DNA of 57,301 bases, from NCBI GenBank assembly GCA_039194665.1, contig JBCCVW010000001.1, positions 1-57,301 of the forward strand, written 5' to 3'. This DNA comes from Actinomycetota bacterium. Lineage in GTDB: Bacteria; Actinomycetota; Acidimicrobiia; Acidimicrobiales; Ilumatobacteraceae. Shown in pieces: positions 35,583 through 43,427 of the stretch. The notes beneath the pieces were generated by a model. The model was not told the origin of the DNA and ran no database searches. It saw nothing but the letters and a program-made list of their open reading frames with translations. How positions within the stretch are numbered: position 1 is the stretch's first letter; each line of letters begins with the position of its first letter. Both the position numbers and the translations under genes were made by a program.

Positions 35583-36911
35583 ATGCAGCCTGAACAGACG
35601 GCACCTGCACCCGAGCAGAGGAACTTTCTCGACTTCATCGGGCACAGTCCTGACGAAGAGATGGCGGTGCGTGGAGCCGACGTCCCCGCCGCCGCCAACC
35701 TCGAGCTGGCCGACCTCAATCCGCTGAATCCGCACCTCTTCGCTGAGCACCGCTGGCACGAACACTTCGCTCGACTGCGCGCCGAGGACCCAGTGCATTT
35801 GAACGAGATCGAGTCGGCCGGCCGGTATTGGTCGGTGACGCGGTACGACGACATTCGCACCGTCGACCGCAACTGGGAGACGTTTTCCTCGGCCCATGGT
35901 TTCGTTATCGGCCCGCCACCGCCAGACGACGTGCCGGCGGTGACACCGGTGACGCCGTTCATCGCGATGGATCCGCCGAATCACACGCCGATTCGCAACA
36001 CGGTCAAGCCCATCGGTACGCCGCGCAACGTGGGCCTGCTCGAGGCGCAAGTCCGACAGCGGACGAGTGACGTACTCGATCGCGTGCCGATCGGTGAGGA
36101 GTTCGACTGGGTCGACCGGGTGTCGGTCGAGTTGACAACCGCTCTGCTGGCGACGCTGTTCGACTTCCCGTTCGCGGATCGACGGAAGTTGACCCGATGG
36201 TCTGACGTGTTGTTCACGATCCCTGGCCCTGGTGAGTTGGTCGAGACCGCGGACGACAAGCGCGACGAGATGCTCGAGGCAGTCGCCTACTTCGAACGGC
36301 TGTGGGACGTGCGACTGGAGACACCGGGTGACGACCTGCTGTCGATGTTCGTCCACGGCGAGGCCACCGGCGGGACGCGGGCGATCGACCACATCGGATC
36401 GCTCATGCTGTTGATCGTCGGCGGCAACGACACGACGCGCAACACGATGAGTGGCAGCGTGCTCGCCCTCAACGAGTGTCCTGACCAGTACGACCAACTC
36501 GTGGCTCGTCCGGAGCTCATCGCTGGCCTCGTGCCCGAGATCTTGCGCTGGCAGTCGCCACTCGCCTACATGCGTCGCACTGCGACGTCCGAGTACGAGC
36601 TGGGTGGAAAGCACATCCGCCGGGGGGACCAGGTGCTGATGTGGTACGTGTCGGGCAACCGCGACGATGCGATGTTCTCCGAACCTGATCGGATCGATCT
36701 CGCGCGCTCCAACGCGGGACGTCACCTCGCGTTCGGCAATGGCATCCACTACTGCGTCGGCAGCCACATCGCCGAACTCCAGCTTCGCGTGCTCTGGGAG
36801 GAGCTACTGCCGCGGTTGTCTCGCATCGAGGTCACCGGGCGCCCTCAACGTCCGCTCTCGGCGTTCGTCAACGGCTACACATCACTCCCCGTCGTCGCCC
36901 ACCGCTCGTGA
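35583..36911 (+). CDS. Cytochrome P450, CYP153-like
   Basis: Heme loop FGNGIHYCVGSHIAELQL. I-helix LLIVGGNDTTRNTMSG, the CYP153 signature in place of the usual AGxxT. Further matches: FIAMDPPNH, EEFDWVDRVSVELTTALLATLFDFPF, KLTRWSD, RWQSPLAYMRRTA, MWYVSGNRD. Confidence 0.85.
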   Translation: MQPEQTAPAPEQRNFLDFIGHSPDEEMAVRGADVPAAANLELADLNPLNPHLFAEHRWHEHFARLRAEDPVHLNEIESAGRYWSVTRYDDIRTVDRNWETFSSAHGFVIGPPPPDDVPAVTPVTPFIAMDPPNHTPIRNTVKPIGTPRNVGLLEAQVRQRTSDVLDRVPIGEEFDWVDRVSVELTTALLATLFDFPFADRRKLTRWSDVLFTIPGPGELVETADDKRDEMLEAVAYFERLWDVRLETPGDDLLSMFVHGEATGGTRAIDHIGSLMLLIVGGNDTTRNTMSGSVLALNECPDQYDQLVARPELIAGLVPEILRWQSPLAYMRRTATSEYELGGKHIRRGDQVLMWYVSGNRDDAMFSEPDRIDLARSNAGRHLAFGNGIHYCVGSHIAELQLRVLWEELLPRLSRIEVTGRPQRPLSAFVNGYTSLPVVAHRS

Positions 36912-36937
36912 CGATGCGGTGCGACGGGGCGATCACT

Positions 36938-37105
36938 GGGCTTCTCGGCGTCGAGCGTTGCGGGTTGCGCTATTGGGCGCACCGAGAAGCCGCACGCGGC
37001 TGGTGACGCCGAGAACCGGGCGCTTCTCGGGGCCCGTGGTTGTGGGCTGCACAACCGTGGACACCGAGAAGCGGCGCGCACTGGGTGACGCCGAGAACGC
37101 GCAGG
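36938..37105. repeat. Intergenic repeat array (CCGAGAA motif x6, two 37-bp direct repeats, central hairpin)
   Basis: CACCGAGAAGC-N11-GGTGACGCCGAGAAC occurs at 36980-37016 and 37062-37098, with the 11 and 15 flanking nt identical. Inverted copies CTTCTCGG lie at about 36941 and 37023. A hairpin GGTTGTG-ggctg-CACAACC lies at 37038-37056. The array sits between the convergent P450 and dut genes. Confidence 0.7.
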
Positions 37106-37106
37106 G

Positions 37107-37544
37107 CTAGCGGCCAGAGTGGCCGAACCCGCCGCCGCGGTCGGCGCCGTCGAGTTCATCGGCAACCTGCCAGGCGATGCGATCGACTGGCATGATCACC
37201 AACTGGGCAATGCGATCGCCGCGGGAGACCGCGTAGGTGGCACTCGGGTCGGTGTTGACCAGCGCCACCTTGATTTCGCCGCGGTAGCCGCTGTCGATGA
37301 GCCCCGGTGCGTTGACGATGCTGATCCCGTGCTTGGCCGCCATGCCAGACCGCGGGAGCACGAACCCGCCGTGACCGTCTGGGACGGCAATCGAGATGCC
37401 GGTCGGCACGAGCGCTCGACCACCGCCGGCAGCCAACTGCGCTGGCCCACGTGCCACGAGGTCGATTCCGGCGTCGCCGTCGCGGGCGTACTCCGGCAAG
37501 GGCAGGTCGGGATCGAGGCGAACGATGGGCACCGAGATCGACAC
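37107..37544 (-). CDS. dut: dUTP diphosphatase
   Basis: VSISVPIVRLDPDLPLPEYARDGDAGIDL..PRSGMAAKHGI..NAPGLIDSGYRGEI..GDRIAQLV..RGGGFGHSG. 145 aa from GTG 37544. The rest of track ORF 37107..38285 is antisense to the next gene. Confidence 0.9.
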   Translation of the reverse strand: MSISVPIVRLDPDLPLPEYARDGDAGIDLVARGPAQLAAGGGRALVPTGISIAVPDGHGGFVLPRSGMAAKHGISIVNAPGLIDSGYRGEIKVALVNTDPSATYAVSRGDRIAQLVIMPVDRIAWQVADELDGADRGGGFGHSGR

Positions 37545-37589
37545 GCCCGAGATCGTACGACCTCGACGACGTCTGCTACGCCGTGGGCG

Positions 37590-38705
37590 ATGGGGTCGAT
37601 CACGGCGGGACCGGCGACGGGACCGTTCCGCTTCCCGCTCACCTACGACGAGTGCCGCGCCCGCTTCCGGCGCAGCACGCAGGCCGCCGGCCTTCCGTGG
37701 AGCGCGCATCCGATCGCGGCGCGTGGTCCACACGGTCAACAGCTCACGATCGAGGCCGCGACGTTGGGCGCCCCGAGCGCCGCGCGCGCCGTGCTCGTGC
37801 TCGCTGGCGTGCACGGCGACGAGGGCTTCTCCAGCTCGGCGATCATGTGTGCTGCTGTCGGCCGCTGGTCTGTCGCACCACCCACCGACGTGCGCGTGGT
37901 GTTCGTCCACGGCGTCAACCCGTGGGGCATGGCCAATTGGCGCCGCCAGAACGAGTCGAACGTCGATCTCAATCGCAATTGGGATCGCGACGGCCGAGAC
38001 CCCGAGCCGAATCGTGGGTACGCCGAGCTGCATCATGCGCTGTGTCCCGATGGCGTAGAGCCACCCGATGCCGACTCGTTGTTGGCGGTGACCCGTCGAC
38101 TGATCGACGAGCACGGGTACGGCTGGGTGAAAGCTGCGGTGACCGAGGGCCAGTACACCCATCCAGACGGGCTGTACTACGGGGGTGCGCGCACCGAGGA
38201 GTCGACGCGCGTCGTCGCCGACATCGTGACTGAGCGCCTCGCTGGCGTGCGCGAGGTCCTCGTCGTTGATCTGCACACCGGCCACGGCGAGTTCGGCACG
38301 TACACGCTCCTCTCGGTGGCCCCACCGGAGAGCGCCGACGATGCGTGGATCCGCGCCAACTTCGATGCGTCGCGCATCGAGAACACCACCGAGCCGGACA
38401 CGACGTCGCCGCCCAAGCGCGGGCAGATCGCGCTGGGACTACACGACGTGGTGCCGACGGCCACAACATGGCGCACCCTGACCTTCGAGTTGGGAACCGT
38501 TTCGGACACACGAATGATCCTCAACGAGCGCGCCGAGCACTGGGTGTGGCACCACGGCGATCCCGCCGACCCGGCCTACGCCGACATCCTGTGGGAGCAT
38601 CGCTGCGGCTCGACCCCTGACGATCCCGCGTGGGAGCAGGCCGCGCTCGCCCATGGCGAGCGCACACTCGACGATGCGCTCGCAGCAATGGGCAGTGTGC
38701 GCTGA
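37590..38705 (+). CDS. DUF2817-like M14-type zinc (carboxy)peptidase-fold protein
   Basis: LVLAGVHGDEGFSS is an HxxE zinc motif, followed by VHGVNPWGMANWRRQNESNVDLNRNW and VVDLHTGHGE. ATG 37590 is chosen, 45 bp from the divergent dut start. Confidence 0.65.
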   Translation: MGSITAGPATGPFRFPLTYDECRARFRRSTQAAGLPWSAHPIAARGPHGQQLTIEAATLGAPSAARAVLVLAGVHGDEGFSSSAIMCAAVGRWSVAPPTDVRVVFVHGVNPWGMANWRRQNESNVDLNRNWDRDGRDPEPNRGYAELHHALCPDGVEPPDADSLLAVTRRLIDEHGYGWVKAAVTEGQYTHPDGLYYGGARTEESTRVVADIVTERLAGVREVLVVDLHTGHGEFGTYTLLSVAPPESADDAWIRANFDASRIENTTEPDTTSPPKRGQIALGLHDVVPTATTWRTLTFELGTVSDTRMILNERAEHWVWHHGDPADPAYADILWEHRCGSTPDDPAWEQAALAHGERTLDDALAAMGSVR

Positions 38706-38774
38706 TCGCCGGCACGCCGTACGATTCGCTGACGCGGTCGAGTTCGTCGGCTGCCCAAAGAAAGGAACTCCCCC

Positions 38775-38969
38775 GTGAGCATGTTCGACAAGGCCAAGGA
38801 TCTCGCTTCGTCCAACAAGGACAAGATCAAGGACGGGATCGACAAGGGCAAGGGCGTGATCAAGGGCAAGGTCGGGGGTCACGACGACAAGGTCGACCAG
38901 GGCGCTGAGATGGCCAAGGATGCCCTCGACAAGCTCGACGACGGCGACGCCGAGTCGTCGAAGAGCTGA
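38775..38969 (+). CDS. Small Lys/Asp-rich protein, MT0933/Rv0909-like (annotated 'antitoxin-like' family)
   Basis: 64 aa: MSMFDKAKDLASSNKDKIKDGIDKGKGVIKGKVGGHDDKVDQGAEMAKDALDKL. It resembles the DKAKD..DK..IDK family. AAAGGAA lies upstream. There is no toxin partner. Confidence 0.6.
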   Translation: MSMFDKAKDLASSNKDKIKDGIDKGKGVIKGKVGGHDDKVDQGAEMAKDALDKLDDGDAESSKS

Positions 38970-39009
38970 CCTCGCTGAGTACCAGCACCCCGACCGTGCG
39001 GGCCTGGCG

Positions 39010-40296
39010 ATGACCTCGTCGCACCAGCGCCCGCCGTCGGTGAACTCACTGGCGACGCGCTACGCCAACTCTGGGGTTCCGCACCCCGTGCTCGTCGACC
39101 TGGCCCGTCAGGCGATCGCCGACGGTGCCGTCGACGACCTCGGCGACCGCGTGAGCGCGTTCGCTCGCTCGTTGCTCACACCGGTGATCAACGCCACCGG
39201 GGTGTTGCTGCACACCAACCTGGGACGGGCGCCGATCTCGTTCGAGTCGCCGGCGGAGCCGCTGACCGTCGAGTTCGACCTCGCAACTGGCGAGCGCGGC
39301 TCGCGCCAGGACGCTGTCGGTTCGTTGTTCGCCCGGCTGTGTGAGACCGAGGCAGCGATGGTGGTCAACAACAATGCCGCCGCTGTGTTGCTCGTGCTCG
39401 CTGCGCTCGCAGAGGGACGTGACGTACCCGTCAGCCGCGGTGAGAGCGTCGAGATTGGCGGCTCGTTCCGCGTCCCGGACGTGATGGAGCAGAGCGGCGC
39501 CCGTCTGATCGATGTGGGTACCACCAATCGCACCCGGCTCGACGACTATCGCCGGGCCGTCGAGCGCACCGAAGTCGACGCCGCGCTGGTGCTCAAAGTG
39601 CACCCGAGCAACTATCGCATCGACGGCTTCGTCGAGGACACGTCGGTGGCCGAACTCGCCACACTCGACGTGCCGGTCGTCGCCGACATCGGCAGCGGCC
39701 TCATCGATGCCGATTGTCCTTGGCTGCCCGGCCCTCCTCCGCCATGGCTCGCCGACGAGCCTGCTGCGGTGCAGAGTCTCCGCGACGGCGCGTCGCTCGT
39801 CACGTTCAGCGGCGACAAGTTGTTCGGTGGCCCACAGGCCGGGGTGATCGCTGGACGCCGCGACCTCGTGGAGCGGTGCATGCGCCATCCGCTTGCCCGT
39901 GCGTTGCGCCCGGGGAGCCTGGTGCTCTTGGCGATGCAGGCCACCGCGCTCGCCTATCTCGAACGCGCTGTCGCCGAGCGCGTTCCGTTCTGGACGATGG
40001 CCGCCGCACCCCAGGCTGGGCTCGAGGCGCGGGCGTCGGCGATCGTCGATGCCGTGAGTGCCCCCTCCACCCGTGCCCTCGTCACCGAAGCGCTGCCCGG
40101 AGCGGGGTCGGCACCGGGGGTGACGATGCCGTCCTGGGGGGTCGAGTTGGCGGGCGATCACGTCGACGCACTACGGGCTCAAAAGTCGCCGGTGATCGCT
40201 CGGCGAGTCGACGACACGACCGTGCTCGACCTGCGCGCGGTGCGACCCGCCGACGACCCGCTGCTGATCCGGGCGATCGACGACGTCGCGTCGTGA
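39010..40296 (+). CDS. selA: L-seryl-tRNA(Sec) selenium transferase
   Basis: VINATGVLLHTNLGRAP, VVNNNAAAVLL, ESVEIGGSFRVPDVM, VGTTNRT, LKVHPSNYRI, and the PLP-lysine motif FSGDKLFGGPQAGVI. ATG 39010 is chosen within track ORF 38920..40296. Confidence 0.9.
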   Translation: MTSSHQRPPSVNSLATRYANSGVPHPVLVDLARQAIADGAVDDLGDRVSAFARSLLTPVINATGVLLHTNLGRAPISFESPAEPLTVEFDLATGERGSRQDAVGSLFARLCETEAAMVVNNNAAAVLLVLAALAEGRDVPVSRGESVEIGGSFRVPDVMEQSGARLIDVGTTNRTRLDDYRRAVERTEVDAALVLKVHPSNYRIDGFVEDTSVAELATLDVPVVADIGSGLIDADCPWLPGPPPPWLADEPAAVQSLRDGASLVTFSGDKLFGGPQAGVIAGRRDLVERCMRHPLARALRPGSLVLLAMQATALAYLERAVAERVPFWTMAAAPQAGLEARASAIVDAVSAPSTRALVTEALPGAGSAPGVTMPSWGVELAGDHVDALRAQKSPVIARRVDDTTVLDLRAVRPADDPLLIRAIDDVAS

Positions 40297-42005
40297 GCGT
40301 CATCGCCACCGCCGGTCATGTCGATCACGGTAAGTCGACGCTCGTGCAGGCGTTGACCGGCACCGACCCGGACCGACTCGAAGAAGAACAGCGTCGGGGA
40401 TTGACGATCGATCTCGGGTTCGCCCACACCACGCTGCCGTCGGGGCGGGCGTTGAGCATCGTCGATGTACCGGGACACGTGCGATTCCTCGGCAACATGC
40501 TCGCCGGTGTCGGCGGGGTCAGCGCAACGTTGTTCGTCGTCTCCGCGGTAGAAGGCTGGAAGCCACAGTCCGAAGAGCATCTGCGAATCCTGCAGCTTCT
40601 CGGCATCGAGGCGGGCGTGATCGCGCTGACAATGATCGACCTCGTCGACGACGATCTCCTCGAACTGGCGCAGCTTGACGTGGCCGAACATGTCGCTGGA
40701 ACCATGCTCGCCGACGCCCCAGTCGTCGCCGTTGCTGCGCCCGTCGGCGAGGGCATCGACGAGCTGCGCACCGCGATCGATCGAGTGGTCGCCGACGCAT
40801 CGCCGGCGGCAGACCGCGACCGCCCGCGGCTGTGGGTCGATCGGGCGTTCGCGGCCACCGGGTCCGGCACGGTCGTCACCGGCACGCTCGCCGGCGGCCC
40901 ACTGCGCGCCGAACAGAGCGTGGCGGTGGCGCCTGCTGGGCACACCGCGCGGATCCGTGGGCTGCAGAGTGCGGGTCGCCAGCTCGACTCCGTCGAACCG
41001 GGGGAGCGAGTTGCCGTGAATCTCACCGGAGTCGGCGTCGCCGAGGTGGGCCGCGGCGACGCACTCGGGGAACCCGATCGAGGGTTACTCAGCGACCGGT
41101 TCGACGCCTCGATGCACGTGCTCGCCTCGCTCGATCACGAAGTGTCGCGCCGCGGCGCCTACGTCGCCTACGTGGGGAGCGGCTCGTTCCCGGCATCGGT
41201 GCGTGTGCTGGGCACCGATGCGCTGGCCCCCGGTACCACCGGCGCATTGCGTGTGTACCTCGACGTGGCGGTCCCGCTGCTGCCTGGCGATCGGTACATC
41301 CTGCGCGAGACCGGCCGCTCCGAAACCATCGGTGGCGGTGAGGTGCTGGACATCGCCCCGGTCACGCGGGCTGCCGACGCCGTGCCCGATCGTTCGATCG
41401 AGCGGGTCGTTCGCGAGCGCGGTTGGGTCGACGTCGACGAACTGGAGTTGCTCACCGGTGAGCGTGTGGAGGCCGTGCTGGGCCGGTGGGTGGTGACCGA
41501 TGACGAGCTCGAACAGGTGCGCCGCGAGGTTGACGCGCTCGTCGATGACGCTGGCGCAATCGGCGTCGACCTCGCGGCGCTCGACGAGCGGCAGCGAGCC
41601 ACCGCGGAAGCCCGCGACGACATCGTGATCGACGGCGGTCGCGTTCGCCGCGCCGGCGCCGTCGACCCGTTCGACGATCATCCGCTGCTGGCCGTTCTCG
41701 CTGCGGGCGGTCTGCAACCACCCGCACCCGACGGTGTGTCGCGCGACGAGCTGCGTGAGTTGATTCGTCGCGGATCGGTGTTCGAGCGCGACGGCGTGTA
41801 CTTCCACGCCTCAGCCATCGACCGCGCCGCCGATGTTGCCCGCCAGTTGCTCACCGAGCACACCGACGGATTCACCGTCGCCCAGTTCCGCGATGCGACG
41901 GGGACGAGCCGCAAGTACGCGCTGCCGATCCTCGGTCAACTCGACGCCGACGGCCGCACTCGCCGCCGCGACGACCTGCGCATCGCTGGGCCGCGCTTGG
42001 GTTGA
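40293..42005 (+). CDS. selB: Selenocysteine-specific translation elongation factor
   Basis: VSVIATAGHVDHGKSTLVQALTG..EEQRRGLTIDLGF..VDVPGHVRF is the G domain. It is followed by beta-barrel domains and C-terminal winged-helix repeats (FTVAQFRDATGTSRKYALPILGQLD). There is a GTGA overlap with the selA stop. Confidence 0.9.
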   Translation: MSVIATAGHVDHGKSTLVQALTGTDPDRLEEEQRRGLTIDLGFAHTTLPSGRALSIVDVPGHVRFLGNMLAGVGGVSATLFVVSAVEGWKPQSEEHLRILQLLGIEAGVIALTMIDLVDDDLLELAQLDVAEHVAGTMLADAPVVAVAAPVGEGIDELRTAIDRVVADASPAADRDRPRLWVDRAFAATGSGTVVTGTLAGGPLRAEQSVAVAPAGHTARIRGLQSAGRQLDSVEPGERVAVNLTGVGVAEVGRGDALGEPDRGLLSDRFDASMHVLASLDHEVSRRGAYVAYVGSGSFPASVRVLGTDALAPGTTGALRVYLDVAVPLLPGDRYILRETGRSETIGGGEVLDIAPVTRAADAVPDRSIERVVRERGWVDVDELELLTGERVEAVLGRWVVTDDELEQVRREVDALVDDAGAIGVDLAALDERQRATAEARDDIVIDGGRVRRAGAVDPFDDHPLLAVLAAGGLQPPAPDGVSRDELRELIRRGSVFERDGVYFHASAIDRAADVARQLLTEHTDGFTVAQFRDATGTSRKYALPILGQLDADGRTRRRDDLRIAGPRLG

Positions 42006-42022
42006 ACCCGTCGCGGGGCCGC

Positions 42023-42283
42023 TCAGGCGCGATAGAGGTGGCGGCGTTCGGTGTCGGTGAGCCCGCCCCACACGCCGTAGCGCTCGCCGTGCCGTACGGC
42101 ATGGTCGAGGCAATCGGTGCGTACTGGGCATCCCGCACACACCGCTTTGGCTCGTTGTTCGCGTGCCGACTTGGCCGACTTCTTCTCGGCTCGCATCGGG
42201 GGATAGAAGAGCGAACCGAACTCGCCCTGGCACGCCGCGCTGGCTCGCCAGTACTCGCCGTCGATCCGTTCAACACTGCTCAT
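42023..42283 (-). CDS. WhiB-family [4Fe-4S] transcription factor
   Basis: 86 aa: ..AACQGEFGSLFYP..AKAVCAGCPVRTDCLDHAVRHGERYGVWGGLTDTERRHL. ATG 42283 is chosen within the longer track ORF. Confidence 0.85.
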   Translation of the reverse strand: MSSVERIDGEYWRASAACQGEFGSLFYPPMRAEKKSAKSAREQRAKAVCAGCPVRTDCLDHAVRHGERYGVWGGLTDTERRHLYRA

Positions 42284-42410
42284 CGTCAACCTCCAGCGAC
42301 GGCGAACGTAGGGACGCCGTGCGGTGGTGGTCAAGCAGTCGTGATCGGTGTTCTTCTGCCGTTTACCCGCCGTTTTCAAAGACGACCAATGAACGACCGC
42401 CCGTTCGCGA

Positions 42411-43262
42411 TCAGTACGTGCGGAATCCGCGCTTGGTCTTGCGGCCGAGGTGTCCGGCAGCAACCATCCGCCGTAGCGCTGGTTCAGCGGCATAGTTCGG
42501 ATCGCGGAACTCGTCGTACAGCGCATCGAGGATGGCCAGCGACGTATCGAGGCCGACGAGATCGAGCAACTCGAACGGCCCCATCGGGAAGTTGCAGCCG
42601 CCCTTCATCGCCGTATCGATGTCGTCCATCGAGGCCGTGCCTGCCTCCCACATGCGGATTGCATTGTTGAGGTAGGGGAACAGCAAGGCATTCACCACGA
42701 ACCCGGCGCGGTCCTCGACGAGCACAGCGTCCTTTCCGCAGTTCTCAGCAAACGCGACGGCGGCGTCGATCGTCGCCTCGGAGGCCGTGATCGGGCGGAT
42801 CACCTCGACCAACGACATCATCGGCGCCGGGTTGAAGAAGTGAATGCCACACACCTGCTCGGGCCGTTCGGTGACCATCGCCAGTTCGACCACGGGCAGC
42901 GTCGACGTGTTGGTGGCGATGATCGCTTCTGGCTTGGCGATCCGGTCGAGGCGCTCGAACAGCTCCTTCTTCACGTCGAGGTCCTCGACCACACTCTCGA
43001 TCAGCAGGTCGCAGTCGTCGAGGGCGTGGAGATCGTCGGTGACCGTGATCCGCGACATGATCTCGGCCTTCTCGTCCTCGGTCATTCGCTCCTTGGCGAC
43101 GTGGCGCGACAACCCCTTGTCGATGCCGACCAGCACTGCGTCGGCGCCGTGCTGGGTGCGCGACCGCACGACGGCGTCGGCGCCAGCGCGCGCGACCACC
43201 TCGGCCAGGCCCGCTCCCATGATTCCCGAACCGAGCACTCCGACACGCCGAATCATCGTCAT
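42411..43262 (-). CDS. 3-hydroxybutyryl-CoA / 3-hydroxyacyl-CoA dehydrogenase (NAD-binding)
   Basis: VGVLGSGIMGAGLA is the Rossmann GxGxxG. Further motifs: IESVVEDLDVKKELF, ATNTSTLPV, GIHFFNPAPMMSLVE, FVVNALLFPYLN, GPFELLDLVGLD. Confidence 0.9.
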   Translation of the reverse strand: MTMIRRVGVLGSGIMGAGLAEVVARAGADAVVRSRTQHGADAVLVGIDKGLSRHVAKERMTEDEKAEIMSRITVTDDLHALDDCDLLIESVVEDLDVKKELFERLDRIAKPEAIIATNTSTLPVVELAMVTERPEQVCGIHFFNPAPMMSLVEVIRPITASEATIDAAVAFAENCGKDAVLVEDRAGFVVNALLFPYLNNAIRMWEAGTASMDDIDTAMKGGCNFPMGPFELLDLVGLDTSLAILDALYDEFRDPNYAAEPALRRMVAAGHLGRKTKRGFRTY

Positions 43263-43427
43263 GCCGAGACCATAACTACCGCCCGGTAACTGTGCCAAAG
43301 GTCCGCACGCGGGTGGGCCAACGGGGGGCTACTGGCCGCCGAGTGGGTCGGCGAATCCCGACAGCCACGCGGGCGCGCATAGATTCGTCGCCGAGCCGGC
43401 GCCCGACGGGCACGGTGGTGCCCATCC

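Noticed and set aside
38775-38969. Toxin-antitoxin module, suggested by the MT0933/Rv0909 'antitoxin-like' small protein.
   Set aside because: There is no adjacent toxin-like ORF. The next gene is selA and the previous one is a DUF2817 peptidase-fold protein. The family name alone is not evidence for a TA system.
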